From assembly GCA_032249615.1 (NCBI GenBank), contig JAVVHH010000001.1, positions 1,122 through 65,121 on the forward strand: a stretch of 64,000 nt of DNA, given 5' to 3'. Position 1 is the stretch's first letter. Each line of letters begins with the position of its first letter. This DNA is from Acetobacteraceae bacterium. GTDB lineage: Bacteria > Pseudomonadota > Alphaproteobacteria > Acetobacterales > Acetobacteraceae. Made by a program: the position numbers and the translations under genes. This document shows, piece by piece, positions 52,450 to 63,063 of the stretch. The notes below the pieces were generated by a model that had not been told where the DNA came from, did no database searches, and saw only the letters and a program-made list of their open reading frames with translations.

Positions 52450-53940
52450 CTATCCCGGGTCGTGATGCAGGTCGAGGTCGGCGTAGCGGGTGAACTCGCC
52501 CTCGAACAGAAGGTCGATCTTGCCGGTAGGCCCATGCCGCTGCTTCTCGATCAGCAGTTCGGCGCGGTTGTGCACGGTTTCCATGTCGCGCTGCCATTTG
52601 TCCAACGCGTCGTGGAAATCGTTCTCGCTCTTGAACGCCATCTGCTTCGGCGCGCGCTGCTGCAGGTAATATTCGTCCCGGTAGATGAACATGACCATGT
52701 CGGCGTCCTGTTCGATCGATCCGCTCTCGCGGAGGTCGGCGAGCTGCGGGCGCTTGTCCTCCCGACTCTCGACCGCGCGCGAGAGCTGCGACAGCGCGAT
52801 GACCGGAATGGACATCTCCTTGGCGAGCGCTTTCAGCCCCTGGGTGATCTGGCTGATCTCCTGCACCCGGTTCTCCTGCTTGGTGCCGATGCTGGGACGC
52901 ATGAGCTGGAGGTAGTCGACGACCACGAGGCTCAGCCCCTGCGTACGCTGCAGCCGGCGGCACCGGGTCCGCATGGCCGACAGCGTGAGGGCGGGCGTGT
53001 CGTCGATGTGCAGGGGTAGGCTGGCGATCTCGCGGCTCACCTGGATGAAACGGTCGAAGTCTTTCTGCCCGATCTCGCCGCGCCGGATCCGGTCCCCCGA
53101 GACGCGAGCCTCCTCGGCAAGCAGACGGGTCGCAAGCTGTTCGGAACTCATTTCCAGGGAGAAGATCGCCACGCTCCCCTTGGCAACCTGATCCGGGTCC
53201 TTGTCCTGCGCGTCCCGCTGCAGCGCGCGCGCGGCGCCGAACGCGATCTTGGTGGCCAACGCCGTCTTGCCCATGCCGGGACGGCCCGCGAGGATGACCA
53301 GGTCGGACGGGTGCAGCCCGCCGGTCTTCTTGTCGAGGTCGCGCAGCCCGGTCGAGAGCCCGCTGACGTGCCCGGCGTTCTTGAACGCCCGCTCGGCGCC
53401 GCGAATCGCTTCCGTCAGCGCCGACTCGAACGTGACGAACCCGCTCGGGCTGCCGCCATCCTTGGCCAGGCGGAACAGTTCGCTTTCGGCTAGTTCGATC
53501 TGCGCCTTGCCGTCCAGCTCGCCCGGCGCGCCGAACGCGTTGTTCACGACCACTTCGCCGATCTCGATGAGCTGCCGGCGGATCCAGGCGTCGTGGATCG
53601 CCCGGCCATACTCGCCCGCGTTGATGATGCCGACCATCGCCGACAGCAATTGCGCGAGGTAGGCGGTCCCGCCGACCTCGTCCAACGCGCCGGAATGCTC
53701 GAACTCGGCCTTCAGCGTCACCGCGTCGGCCAACTGTCCCGCTTCGACCCGGCGCGCGATCGATTGGTAGATGCGGCCATGCACCGGATCGACGAAATGG
53801 TCGGGGACCAGGAATTCGCTGACCCGCTCATAAGCCTTGTTGTTGGCCAGCAGCGCCCCGAGCAACGCCATCTCGGCGCGGTCGTTGGAGGGCGGCTGAC
53901 GCTGCGAGAGACCGGTGAGCGGCGAATCGAATGCATTCAT
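52450..53940 (-). CDS. dnaB: Replicative DNA helicase DnaB
   Basis: The C-terminal 496 aa of track ORF 52450..54882, from ATG 53940: MNAFDSPL...PPSNDRAEMALLGALL...ILAGRPGMGKTALA...SLEMS...IALSQLSR. Confidence 0.93.
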   Translation of the reverse strand: MNAFDSPLTGLSQRQPPSNDRAEMALLGALLANNKAYERVSEFLVPDHFVDPVHGRIYQSIARRVEAGQLADAVTLKAEFEHSGALDEVGGTAYLAQLLSAMVGIINAGEYGRAIHDAWIRRQLIEIGEVVVNNAFGAPGELDGKAQIELAESELFRLAKDGGSPSGFVTFESALTEAIRGAERAFKNAGHVSGLSTGLRDLDKKTGGLHPSDLVILAGRPGMGKTALATKIAFGAARALQRDAQDKDPDQVAKGSVAIFSLEMSSEQLATRLLAEEARVSGDRIRRGEIGQKDFDRFIQVSREIASLPLHIDDTPALTLSAMRTRCRRLQRTQGLSLVVVDYLQLMRPSIGTKQENRVQEISQITQGLKALAKEMSIPVIALSQLSRAVESREDKRPQLADLRESGSIEQDADMVMFIYRDEYYLQQRAPKQMAFKSENDFHDALDKWQRDMETVHNRAELLIEKQRHGPTGKIDLLFEGEFTRYADLDLHHDPG

Positions 53941-54052
53941 GCTGGATGCAGCATAGCCGATTGCCGTCGCGAGCGGGCCTGTGGATAGGTGTGGTACACG
54001 GGGATGACTGCCCCCGATTGCCGCCGCGCGCCCGCTGTGGCAGTCGGGGCGC

Positions 54053-54937
54053 GTGCGCATCCTCTTCGTCTCAGCCAACCGCCTCGGCGATGCAGTGATC
54101 ACGTGCGGTGTTCTCGACCACCTCATCCGGACCCACCCGACCGCGTCGTTCACGATCGCCTGCGGTACTCCGGCGGCTGGGCTCTTCAGCCGGATGCCCC
54201 AGCTCGAGCGGGTGATCGTGTTCGACAAGCACAAGAACGACTCGCACTGGCCGAAGCTCTGGCGGGAGGTCGTCTTCACCTGGTGGGATCTGGTGGTCGA
54301 TATGCGCGCATCCGCGCTCGCTTTCCTCATCCCGGCCAAACGCCGCGCCATCCGGCGCAAGCGGCCCGGCCGCATGTTCGAGCAGCACGCGGCCATGCTC
54401 GGGATCGACCCTGCCCCGCTGCCCGTCGTCTGGACCGCCCAGTCGGACCGCGACCGGGCCGCTGCGTTGCTCTCGACGGACCGTCCGGTCATCGGGCTCG
54501 GCGTCACCGCCAGCTGGGCGGGGAAAGTTTGGCCGCCGGAACACTTCGCCGCCTTGTTCGAGCGTCTTTCGACGGGTCTGCTGCCCGGCGCGGTGCCCGC
54601 CATCTTCGCCGGCCCCGGTGCCGCGGAGCGCGCGCTGGCCGCCCCGGCGCTGGCGCTGCTGCCGCAAGCGATCGATCTTTGCGGGGCGCTCACCGTGCCG
54701 GAAGCCGCCGCCGCGATCGAGCGCTGCGCCCTGTTCGTCGGCAACGACAGCGGGTTGATGCATCTCGCCGCCGCAACCGGCACCCCCACCGTCGGCCTCT
54801 GCGGCACGACCCGCGACCGAGCTGCCGAGATGGCCCCGGCGGGCAAGCAGGCTCTCTGGGCCGAGGCGGATGAGCCCAGCATGGAGGCGTTGACCGTCTC
54901 CGCCGTCGCGGCTGCCTGTGCCTCAGTGCTGACCTGA
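54053..54937 (+). CDS. Glycosyltransferase family 9 (heptosyltransferase-like)
   Basis: 294 aa; MRILFVSANRLGDAVIT... and ...LFVGNDSGLMHLAAATGTPTVGL. Confidence 0.85.
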   Translation: MRILFVSANRLGDAVITCGVLDHLIRTHPTASFTIACGTPAAGLFSRMPQLERVIVFDKHKNDSHWPKLWREVVFTWWDLVVDMRASALAFLIPAKRRAIRRKRPGRMFEQHAAMLGIDPAPLPVVWTAQSDRDRAAALLSTDRPVIGLGVTASWAGKVWPPEHFAALFERLSTGLLPGAVPAIFAGPGAAERALAAPALALLPQAIDLCGALTVPEAAAAIERCALFVGNDSGLMHLAAATGTPTVGLCGTTRDRAAEMAPAGKQALWAEADEPSMEALTVSAVAAACASVLT

Positions 54938-54971
54938 GCAGGGCATCCGGCGATCGCGACGAAGGTGGGGT

Positions 54972-56213
54972 CTAACCGGCCAGGTAATCCCGGGTGAGTG
55001 GAACAGTCTGCTGATCGCGGGCGAGTTGAAGCTGCCAGACCATGTGGCCGGTCCGCGTGAACGCGAGCTCGGCGCCGGCGAGATAGAACTCCATCATGCG
55101 CAGGAAACGCTCGTCGTAGAGGGCGCGAATGGCGGCCCGGTGACGCTCGAGGTTGCCGCGCCAGCGGGAGAGCGTCTTGGCGTAGTGCAAGCGGAGGATC
55201 TCGATGTCGGTCGCGATCAGGCCGGACCGCTCGAGCGGCGGCAGCACCTCGCTCAGCGCGGGGGAATAGCCGCCCGGGAAGATGTATTTGCCGAGCCAGG
55301 CATTGGTCGCGCGGGGCCCGTCGCTGCGGCCGATCGCGTGGATCAGGGCAACGCCGTCCGGCAGCAGGCAGCGGCCGATCATGTCGAAGAAGCTGCGGTA
55401 GTGGTTGATGCCGACGTGCTCGAACATGCCGACCGAGAGGATGCGGTCGAAACGCTCTGTGACCGCGCGGTAGTCGAGCAGGTTGAACCGCACCCGGTCG
55501 CTCAACCCAGCCTCCGCCGCGCGCTGCCGGGCGACGCCCAGCTGTTCCTCGGAGAGCGTGATGCCGGTGACCTCCGCACCGTAGTCGCGCGCCAGGGTGA
55601 TCGCCGTGCCGCCCCAGCCACAGCCGATGTCGAGCACTTGCAGGCCCGGCCGGTCCAGCAGGAGCTTCTTGGCGATGTGCCGCTTCTTGGCGCGCTGGGC
55701 TTCGTCGATCGTCTCATCGCCCCGGCGGAAATAGGCGCAGGAGTATTGCCGGTCCGCGTCGAGCAGCAGCCGGTAGAACTCCCCGTTCAGGTCGTAGTGA
55801 TGCGCGACGTTGCGCCGGGCGATCGGGGCCGGGTTGAATTGCTGCAGCCGCCGTCCCAGCCAGGCCAGCGTGTCGCGAAGCGTCAGCACCGGGCCGCGGT
55901 GGCGGCGTTCGACGGCGAACAGGCTGTCCATGAACTCGAAGATGCTGCCCTCGAGCATGACGAAGCCGCCGTCGACATAGGCCTCGCCGAAAGCCAACCC
56001 CGGATTGGCGACCATGCGCCGCGCCCAGCTCCAACTGGTGATCTGCACGCGTAAGACCGGGTCAGCGCTTCGGACGATGCGCCGCTCGGAGCCGTCGGGG
56101 AAGGTGAGCGTCAAGGTGCCGTGGGCCATGTGCTGGCCCAGCATCACCTCGACGATCCACGTAATAAGACGTGGGCGGCCCGGCGCCTGGGCTCCAGACG
56201 CCGCGTCGACCAC
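54972..56213 (-). CDS. Cyclopropane-fatty-acyl-phospholipid synthase family SAM methyltransferase
   Basis: NVAHHYDLNGEFYRLLLD...YSCAYF...VLDIGCGWGG. The start may instead be ATG 56144. Confidence 0.88.
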   Translation of the reverse strand: MVDAASGAQAPGRPRLITWIVEVMLGQHMAHGTLTLTFPDGSERRIVRSADPVLRVQITSWSWARRMVANPGLAFGEAYVDGGFVMLEGSIFEFMDSLFAVERRHRGPVLTLRDTLAWLGRRLQQFNPAPIARRNVAHHYDLNGEFYRLLLDADRQYSCAYFRRGDETIDEAQRAKKRHIAKKLLLDRPGLQVLDIGCGWGGTAITLARDYGAEVTGITLSEEQLGVARQRAAEAGLSDRVRFNLLDYRAVTERFDRILSVGMFEHVGINHYRSFFDMIGRCLLPDGVALIHAIGRSDGPRATNAWLGKYIFPGGYSPALSEVLPPLERSGLIATDIEILRLHYAKTLSRWRGNLERHRAAIRALYDERFLRMMEFYLAGAELAFTRTGHMVWQLQLARDQQTVPLTRDYLAG

Positions 56214-56225
56214 GGCAGCCAGTCC

Positions 56226-56801
56226 TTAGGACCGGTCGCCGCCCGCTTCTGCGAGCGCCGCGCCGAACTCGAACTCGTCCTCTTGTTCGACCTCCTCCTC
56301 GCCGGCGAGGCCAACCTGCTCGCCGCGGGCCTGCTTGTCGGCCTCTTCCACGCTACGGGCCACGTTGACCGTCACCGTCAGGCTCACCTCCGGGTGCAGC
56401 ACGAGGCGCACCGGCGTCAGGCCGAGGGTCTTGATCGGGTTTTCCAGCACGATCTGGTTGCGGTTGGTGGTGAGCCCCGCCGCCGTGCACGCCTCGGCGA
56501 TGTCGCGACCAGACACCGAGCCATACAGGCTGCCGCTTTCGCCGGCCTGGCGGATGACGACCACCTTCAGGCCCTCCATCCGCTCGAGCAGGCGCTCGGC
56601 CTCCTCGCGGCGGCGCAGGTTCTGCGCCTCGAGCTGCGCGCGCTGGCTCTCGAACTCGGCGCGGTTGGCTTTGTTGGCCCGCAGCGCCTTCTTTTGCGGG
56701 AGCAGGAAGTTGCGGGCGTAGCCGGGCTTGACGCGAACCACGTCGCCCATCTGCCCGAGTTTCTCGATCCGCTGCAGCAGGATCAGTTCAACGGCGGCCA
56801 T
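56226..56801 (-). CDS. rplI: 50S ribosomal protein L9
   Basis: [36 protein letters not shown]. Confidence 0.95.
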   Translation of the reverse strand: MAAVELILLQRIEKLGQMGDVVRVKPGYARNFLLPQKKALRANKANRAEFESQRAQLEAQNLRRREEAERLLERMEGLKVVVIRQAGESGSLYGSVSGRDIAEACTAAGLTTNRNQIVLENPIKTLGLTPVRLVLHPEVSLTVTVNVARSVEEADKQARGEQVGLAGEEEVEQEDEFEFGAALAEAGGDRS

Positions 56802-56810
56802 GATCCCTCC

Positions 56811-57119
56811 TCAGGCGACGACGTAGGGGAGAAGGGCCAGGAACCGCGCCCGTTTGATGGCGGTCGCGAGCTCGCGCTGCTTCTTTGCGGAAACGGCGGT
56901 GATGCGGCTCGGCACGATCTTGCCGCGTTCGCTTAGGAAGCGGGACAGCAGGCGGACGTCCTTGTAGTCGATCTTGGGCGCGTTGGGGCCGCTGAACGGG
57001 CAGCTTTTGCGACGGCGATAGAATGGGCGGCGCGCGCCGCCTCCCCGCTCGTCGCGGTCACCCCCGCGCTCGCCACGATCACCACCCTGGGAACGATCGG
57101 ATTGCAGTCGGTCGGACAT
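56811..57119 (-). CDS. rpsR: 30S ribosomal protein S18
   Basis: ...[46 protein letters not shown]. Confidence 0.95.
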   Translation of the reverse strand: MSDRLQSDRSQGGDRGERGGDRDERGGGARRPFYRRRKSCPFSGPNAPKIDYKDVRLLSRFLSERGKIVPSRITAVSAKKQRELATAIKRARFLALLPYVVA

Positions 57120-57124
57120 CTCTC

Positions 57125-57589
57125 TTACTCCTCGACCGCTTCGTCGCGGTTACGGAACTCGGGGTCGCGGGCGCGGAACTCCTCGCGGTCGTCGAAGCCG
57201 CGCTTGCGGCCGCTCTCGAAGCGTCCGGCCGGCTTCGGCCCGCGGAAGGCGCGCTCGCGGTCGTCGGACTTGCGGGTCAGGATCGCGCTCGGCGCCTCAT
57301 CCAGCTCGTCGACCCGAAGGGTCATGAAACGGAGTACGTCTTCGTTGAGGCGGAGCAGCCGCTCCATCTCGGTGATGAACGCAGGCTTCGCGTCGAGGCC
57401 GAGCAGCATGTAGTGGCCTTTCCGGTTCTTCTTGACCCGGTAGGCGAGGCTGCGCAGGCCCCAGTATTCGCGCTTCTGGACGCTGCCGCCATCGGCCTCG
57501 AGATCCGTCCCGATCCCGTCGGCGACGGCCTCGACCTGCTGCTGCGTCACATCGTTGCGCGCAATGAGCACGCATTCATAAAGCGGCAT
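57125..57589 (-). CDS. rpsF: 30S ribosomal protein S6
   Basis: [20 protein letters not shown]...[21 protein letters not shown]. Confidence 0.95.
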   Translation of the reverse strand: MPLYECVLIARNDVTQQQVEAVADGIGTDLEADGGSVQKREYWGLRSLAYRVKKNRKGHYMLLGLDAKPAFITEMERLLRLNEDVLRFMTLRVDELDEAPSAILTRKSDDRERAFRGPKPAGRFESGRKRGFDDREEFRARDPEFRNRDEAVEE

Positions 57590-57711
57590 GAGTATTCCCT
57601 TTGGCTGGAGTCAGCCCAAAACGGGCATAGCCGGGACGGATGCCACCATCCCGGCAGGGGAGGCGGCCGTATACGCCGATCTGTCCAAAAAGCAAGCGTT
57701 ACCGTGCGGCC

Positions 57712-58497
57712 TCAGGCAGCCCGGACGCACTCCGGCGCGCCCAGCAGCTCCAGCTCACGGCCGGGCCGGCAGACGAGCGTGCCCCCGGCCGGCACCGACT
57801 GCCAGTTGCCGCGAACGCCGTCGATCGGTTCGGACACCAGGAGCAACCCGCCCGGCATCGTCTTGTAATAGAGAGACGGCGGCCGCGCGTCCGTGGACCA
57901 GCGGAACGCCCACAGCGTTTCGCCATCCGTGAGCGTCGCGGTGAAGCGCAGCGCCTCCGTGATGCCTTCCGCGCCCATCATGCCGGCGATCTCGCTGAAG
58001 GCTTCGTAGAGCGCCGCCACCGGGTCGTGCTCCAGGCCGCGCCCGAGTGCCGCGAGAAAGATCGCCTCGCTATCCGTCGTGCCGGTGCGCGCCGCATACA
58101 GCGCGTCCGGGATCATCGCCTCGACCCGGCGCCGCATCCGCGGCCAGCCGCCGATCTGGCCGTTATGCATGAACAGGAAGCGGCCCTGCGCGAACGGGTG
58201 GCAGTTGGCGCGGCTGGTGGGCGTGCCGGTCGCTGCGCGGACATGCGCGAAGAACAGGCGGCTGCGGACCTGGGCGGCGATGCTGCGCAGGTTCTCGTCC
58301 GACCAGGCCGGGCGCACCTCGCGGTAGAGACCCGGCGTTGACCGCTCGCCATACCAGCCGACGCCGAATCCGTCACCGTTCGTCTCGGTCTTGCCTTCCG
58401 ACGCGTGCATCGATTGATGGATCAGGCTGTGCGACGGTGCCGTCACCAGCGTCTCGATCAGGATTGGCTCACCTTCATACGCAAGAAAGCGGCACAT
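57712..58497 (-). CDS. Class II (Ntn) glutamine amidotransferase, YafJ/EgtC-like
   Basis: Starts MCRFLAYEG (nucleophile Cys2), then ...NGDGFGVGWY...FAHVRAATG...HPF...FMHNG. ATG 58497 is preferred over the track start at 58617. Confidence 0.85.
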   Translation of the reverse strand: MCRFLAYEGEPILIETLVTAPSHSLIHQSMHASEGKTETNGDGFGVGWYGERSTPGLYREVRPAWSDENLRSIAAQVRSRLFFAHVRAATGTPTSRANCHPFAQGRFLFMHNGQIGGWPRMRRRVEAMIPDALYAARTGTTDSEAIFLAALGRGLEHDPVAALYEAFSEIAGMMGAEGITEALRFTATLTDGETLWAFRWSTDARPPSLYYKTMPGGLLLVSEPIDGVRGNWQSVPAGGTLVCRPGRELELLGAPECVRAA

Positions 58498-58692
58498 GGC
58501 AGGCTCCGGCGATATGACCACCATGTTACAGCCGATCGAGGGGGCTTGCCATAACCGAGTGTCGACGCATGAGAGGGCTGCGCAGTGTCTTGGGGCAGTG
58601 TCTTGGGTTTGACACATGAGCCTCGCGGCGCAATACCGCCCTCACCCAGAACGGCCACCCTGCAAGGCCGCTGACGAGGAACTTCTCCGCCG

Positions 58693-59664
58693 ATGCCCGT
58701 TCACGCGTTCCTCTTTCCGGGTCAAGGGAGTCAGAGCGTCGGGATGGGTCGCGCCTTGGCGGGCGCGTTCGCCCCGGCCAGGGAAGTGTTCCAGGAAGTC
58801 GACGACGTCCTCAAGCGGCATCTGTCCAAGCTCATGTTCGAGGGGCCGCCGGAAGAGCTGACGCTGACCGAAAACGCGCAGCCGGCACTGATGGCGATGT
58901 CGATGGCGGTGCTGCGCGTGCTGGAGCATGCGGGCGGCTGGCGGCTCGCCGACAAGGCGGTCCTGGTGATGGGGCACTCGCTGGGCGAATACAGCGCGCT
59001 GTGTGCCGCCGGAACCTTCACGCTGGCCGACGCCGCGCGCTTGCTGCAGCGGCGAGGCCAGGCGATGCAGCATGCGGTCGCCCCCGGAGAGGGCGCGATG
59101 GCGGCGATGCTGGGGGCGGAGGTCTCCGCCGTCCAGCCGATCTGCGCCGACGCCGCGGTGCTGCGGCACGAGGACGGGCGCGAGGAAACCCAGACCGTGC
59201 AGGTTGCCAACGATAATGGCGGCGGCCAGGTGGTGATCTCCGGCCACGCGGCCGCGGTGGAGCGCGCGATTGCACTGGCCAAGGAGCGCGGCATCCGCCG
59301 CGCCATGCTGCTGCCGGTGTCGGCGCCGTTTCATTGCGCGTTGATGGCCCCGGCCGCCGACACGATGCGGGACGTGCTGGGCGAGACGTCGATGCTGGCG
59401 CCCTCCGTGCCGCTGGTGGCGAACGTGACGGCCGAGCGGGAGATGGATCCCGGCGTGATCCGCGATCTGCTGGTCGATCAGGTCACCGGCATGGTGCGCT
59501 GGCGCGAGAGCATGTTGGCGGCGGCCGCGATCGGAGTGACCAGCGTGGTCGAACTCGGCGCGGGCAAGGTGCTGTCGGGCCTGGCCAAGCGGATCAATCC
59601 GGACTTGATCGTCTCGTCCGCCGGCACGCCGGACGAGATCGAAGCGTTGCTGAAGATCATTTGA
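58693..59664 (+). CDS. fabD: Malonyl-CoA:ACP transacylase
   Basis: FLFPGQGSQSVGMG...GHSLGEYSAL. Confidence 0.95.
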   Translation: MPVHAFLFPGQGSQSVGMGRALAGAFAPAREVFQEVDDVLKRHLSKLMFEGPPEELTLTENAQPALMAMSMAVLRVLEHAGGWRLADKAVLVMGHSLGEYSALCAAGTFTLADAARLLQRRGQAMQHAVAPGEGAMAAMLGAEVSAVQPICADAAVLRHEDGREETQTVQVANDNGGGQVVISGHAAAVERAIALAKERGIRRAMLLPVSAPFHCALMAPAADTMRDVLGETSMLAPSVPLVANVTAEREMDPGVIRDLLVDQVTGMVRWRESMLAAAAIGVTSVVELGAGKVLSGLAKRINPDLIVSSAGTPDEIEALLKII

Positions 59665-60401
59665 TGTTTCGGCTCGATGGCAAATCCGCTTTGGTCACCG
59701 GCGCCTCTGGCGGAATCGGTGCGGCAATCGCCCGCGCCCTGCACGCCCAAGGCGCGGCGGTGGCGCTGTCCGGCACCCGGCGGGACGCGCTCGAAGCCCT
59801 TGCGGCGGAGTTGGCAGACCGCGTTGCCGTATGCCCGGCGGACTTGCGCGAAGCCGGCGCCGCCGACGGGCTGATTGCGGCGGCCGAGGCGGCGTGCGGC
59901 CCGCTCGGGATTCTGGTCAACAATGCGGGGCTCACGCGGGATGGGCTGGCAATGCGGATGAAGGACGAGGATTGGGCCACCGTGCTCGATGTCGACCTCG
60001 CCGCCCCGTTCCGGCTGGCCCGGGCCAGCCTGCGCGGCATGCTGAAGCGCCGCGCCGGGCGGATCATCGGGATCGGCAGCGTCGTCGGCACGACCGGCAA
60101 TGGCGGGCAGGCAAACTATGCGGCGGCCAAGGCCGGGCTGGTCGGCATGAGCAAGGCGCTTGCCCAGGAGGTCGGCAGCCGCGGCGTCACCGTCAACGTG
60201 GTGGCGCCGGGCTTCATCGAAACCGCGATGACCGAGGCGTTGGGTGCCGAGCAACGGGCGCGGCTGCTGGGCGGGATCCCGCTCGGCCGCACCGGTACCC
60301 CGGCCGATGTCGCGGCGGCCGTCGTTTATCTGGCGTCCGACGAAGCGGCGTGGATCACCGGGACCGTGCTTCACGTCAACGGCGGAATGGCAATGGTTTA
60401 G
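59664..60401 (+). CDS. fabG: 3-oxoacyl-ACP reductase
   Basis: MFRLDGKSALVTGASGGIGAAIA...NYAAAKAG...; the ATG overlaps the fabD stop (TGATG). Confidence 0.93.
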   Translation: MFRLDGKSALVTGASGGIGAAIARALHAQGAAVALSGTRRDALEALAAELADRVAVCPADLREAGAADGLIAAAEAACGPLGILVNNAGLTRDGLAMRMKDEDWATVLDVDLAAPFRLARASLRGMLKRRAGRIIGIGSVVGTTGNGGQANYAAAKAGLVGMSKALAQEVGSRGVTVNVVAPGFIETAMTEALGAEQRARLLGGIPLGRTGTPADVAAAVVYLASDEAAWITGTVLHVNGGMAMV

Positions 60402-60524
60402 CCATGGCCGCCGTCGCGCGCTCGGCTGCCTTGGCGCGGCGTTGAGAACCATGTTATGCGCCACGGCTTCCGGCGCGCTGTGCCGTGCGTCGCACCTTTT
60501 CGAACAGCGGAATCAGAGGATCAG

Positions 60525-60764
60525 ATGAGCGAAGTTGCCGACCGGGTTAAGAAGATCGTCGTCGAGCACCTGGGCGTCGAGGAAAGCAAGGTTACGCCCG
60601 AGGCGTCGTTCATCGACGACCTCGGTGCGGACAGCCTCGACACGGTCGAGCTGGTAATGGCTTTCGAAGAGGCCTTCAGCGTTGAGATTCCCGAAGATGC
60701 CGCCGAGAAGATCGGCACCGTGAAGGACGCGATCGATTTCATCGAGAAGCAGAAGGCGGCCTAA
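60525..60764 (+). CDS. acpP: Acyl carrier protein
   Basis: 79 aa; ...[21 protein letters not shown] (DSLD phosphopantetheine site). Confidence 0.95.
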   Translation: MSEVADRVKKIVVEHLGVEESKVTPEASFIDDLGADSLDTVELVMAFEEAFSVEIPEDAAEKIGTVKDAIDFIEKQKAA

Positions 60765-60797
60765 GCCGACCGGATACCTGGAACGAGGGGTGTGACG

Positions 60798-62060
60798 ATG
60801 CGGCGCGTGGTGGTGACGGGGATGGGTCTGGCCTGTCCTCTCGGCCTCGGCGTGGAACACGTCTGGTCGCGGTTGATCAATGGCGACAGCGGGATCACCG
60901 CGATCCAGGCCTTCGACACGAAGGAATTGGCCTCCAAGGTGGCCGGCCAGGTGCCCGCCGGTTCCAAGGACGAGAACAAGCTCGACATCAGCGAGTGGAT
61001 CCCGGTCAAAGACCAGAAAAAGATGGACCGGTTCATCCATCTCGGCGTCGTGGCTGCGAGCCAAGCCGTCGAGGATAGTGGATGGGAGCCGCAGACGGAA
61101 GAGGACCGCTGGGCGACCGGCGTCATGATCGGGTCCGGCATCGGCGGCCTCGGCATGATCTACGAAGCGTCGGTCATGGTCTACAATGGCAAGGCGCGCC
61201 GCCTGTCGCCCTTCTTCATCCCGTCGGCGCTGATCAACCTGGTTTCCGGTCACGTCTCCATCAAATACGGCTTCAAGGGCCCGAACCACTCGGCCGTGAC
61301 GGCCTGCGCCACCGGCGTGCATGCGATCGGCGACGCCGCGCGGCTCATCGGCTTGGGTGATGCCGACGTCATGGTGGCGGGCGGCGCGGAAGCGGCGGTC
61401 AACGAGCTCGGGATTGCCGGGTTCTGCGCCAGTCGTGCGCTCTCGACCGCCTTCAACGACCGTCCGCCGGAAGCCTCCCGCCCGTGGGACCGCGATCGCG
61501 ACGGGTTCGTGATGGGCGAGGGGGCCGGCGTTCTGGTGCTCGAGGAGCTCGAGCACGCCAAGGCGCGCGGGGCCAAGATCTACGCCGAAGTGTGCGGATA
61601 CGGGATGTCGGGCGACGCCCACCACATCACGGCGCCCGCCGACGGTCATGACGGCGCGTTCCGGGCCATGCGGGCCGCGTTCAAGAACGGCCAGCTCAGC
61701 CCGGCCGACGTCCAATACATCAACGCGCACGGCACCAGCACCCCGCTCGGGGACGATCTCGAGCTCGAGGCGGTCGAGCGCATGTTCGGCAGCGCCGCCA
61801 GCACGGTCGCCATGTCGTCTACCAAGTCGGCGACCGGACATCTGCTGGGTGCGGCGGGGGCGGTCGAATCGATCTTCTCGATCCTGGCCATCCGCGACGG
61901 CGTCGTGCCGCCCACGCTCAACCTGGACAATCCGAGCCGCGAGAGCGTGATCAATCGGGTGCCGAAGCAAGCCCAGGAACGCAAGGTCGACATCGCGCTG
62001 TCCAACAGCTTCGGGTTCGGCGGCACCAACGCGAGTATCTTGTTCAAGCGCGCCGCGTAA
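60798..62060 (+). CDS. fabF: 3-oxoacyl-ACP synthase II
   Basis: MRRVVVTGMG...AVTACATG...NAHGTSTPLGD...NSFGFGGTNAS. Confidence 0.95.
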   Translation: MRRVVVTGMGLACPLGLGVEHVWSRLINGDSGITAIQAFDTKELASKVAGQVPAGSKDENKLDISEWIPVKDQKKMDRFIHLGVVAASQAVEDSGWEPQTEEDRWATGVMIGSGIGGLGMIYEASVMVYNGKARRLSPFFIPSALINLVSGHVSIKYGFKGPNHSAVTACATGVHAIGDAARLIGLGDADVMVAGGAEAAVNELGIAGFCASRALSTAFNDRPPEASRPWDRDRDGFVMGEGAGVLVLEELEHAKARGAKIYAEVCGYGMSGDAHHITAPADGHDGAFRAMRAAFKNGQLSPADVQYINAHGTSTPLGDDLELEAVERMFGSAASTVAMSSTKSATGHLLGAAGAVESIFSILAIRDGVVPPTLNLDNPSRESVINRVPKQAQERKVDIALSNSFGFGGTNASILFKRAA

Positions 62061-62072
62061 GGCGGGGCGCGT

Positions 62073-63053
62073 ATGCGCCTCCTGATCGGTCTCGGCGCGG
62101 GGGCTGCCGTGCTTGCCGCCGCGCTCGCGGGAGCCGCGTTCTACGCGACCAAGGCTTATGACGAGCCAGGTCCACTCGCGGCCGAGCGTGCTGTCGTCGT
62201 CCCGCATGGCGGGCTCGGCGAGATCGCGGCCACGCTGAAAGCGCAGGGCGTGATCCGCGCCCCGTGGCAGTTCGAAGCAGCCGCCGTGGCGACGCGCGGC
62301 AGCGGGGCGTTGAGAGCCGCGGAATATCAGTTCCCGCCGGCGGCAAGCCTGCACCAAGTGCTGGTCGTCCTGCGGACGGGCAAGCCGGTTCAGCACAAGC
62401 TGACGATCGCGGAAGGTCTCACCGCGGTCCAGGTGGTCGCCCTGGTCAGCCGCGCCGACGCGCTGGACGGCCCAACCCCTGCGATTGCGGAAGGCAGCGT
62501 GCTGCCGGAGACGTATGTCTATGAGCGCGGGACGGCGCGGACCGCATTGGTCGGGCGTGCCACCCGGGCGATGGACGCCGAGCTGGCCAGTGCCTGGTCA
62601 ACCCGGTCCCCCGACCTGCCGCTCGCAACGCCCCGCGACGCGCTCATCCTGGCCAGCATCGTCGAGCGGGAGACGGCCAAGCCGGACGAGCGCAAGCTGG
62701 TCGCCTCCGTCTACCTGAACCGGCTACGCCGCGGCATGAAGCTGCAATCGGACCCGACCGTCGTCTACGGCGCCAGCAACGGGGCTGGCGTGCTCGATCA
62801 CGGATTGACGCGAGCGGAACTCGACGCGGACGATCCCTATAACAGCTATCGGTATCCCGGGCTGCCCCCCGGACCGATCTGCATGCCCGGGCGCGCCTCG
62901 ATCGAGGCGGCGACCCATCCGGCCGACAGCACCGACTTGTTCTTCGTCGCGGACGGCACGGGCGGTCACTCGTTCGCCAAGACCGAGCAGGAGCATGCCC
63001 GCAACGTGCAGCGCTGGCGAGCGGCCGAGCGCGCCCGCCACCCCAACCCTTGA
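62073..63053 (+). CDS. mltG: Endolytic murein transglycosylase MltG (YceG-like)
   Basis: N-terminal TM segment; ...ASIVERETAKPDERKLVASVYLNRLRRGMKLQSDPTVVYG...YNSYRYPGLPPGPI. Confidence 0.92.
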   Translation: MRLLIGLGAGAAVLAAALAGAAFYATKAYDEPGPLAAERAVVVPHGGLGEIAATLKAQGVIRAPWQFEAAAVATRGSGALRAAEYQFPPAASLHQVLVVLRTGKPVQHKLTIAEGLTAVQVVALVSRADALDGPTPAIAEGSVLPETYVYERGTARTALVGRATRAMDAELASAWSTRSPDLPLATPRDALILASIVERETAKPDERKLVASVYLNRLRRGMKLQSDPTVVYGASNGAGVLDHGLTRAELDADDPYNSYRYPGLPPGPICMPGRASIEAATHPADSTDLFFVADGTGGHSFAKTEQEHARNVQRWRAAERARHPNP

Positions 63054-63063
63054 AAGTACGCCC

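Noticed and set aside
52450-54882. 810-aa ORF containing DnaB.
   Set aside because: The N-terminal 314 aa are Ala/Arg/Ser-rich and overlap the divergent GT9 gene. The canonical DnaB N-terminus begins at ATG 53940.
57590-57711. Structured rpsF 5' leader (S6:S18 autoregulatory motif); a CCGGGA...TCCCGG hairpin lies at 57631-57654.
   Set aside because: It is one short hairpin, and I cannot verify the covariation model by eye. It could equally be a terminator of the upstream amidotransferase gene. An Rfam/Infernal scan is needed.
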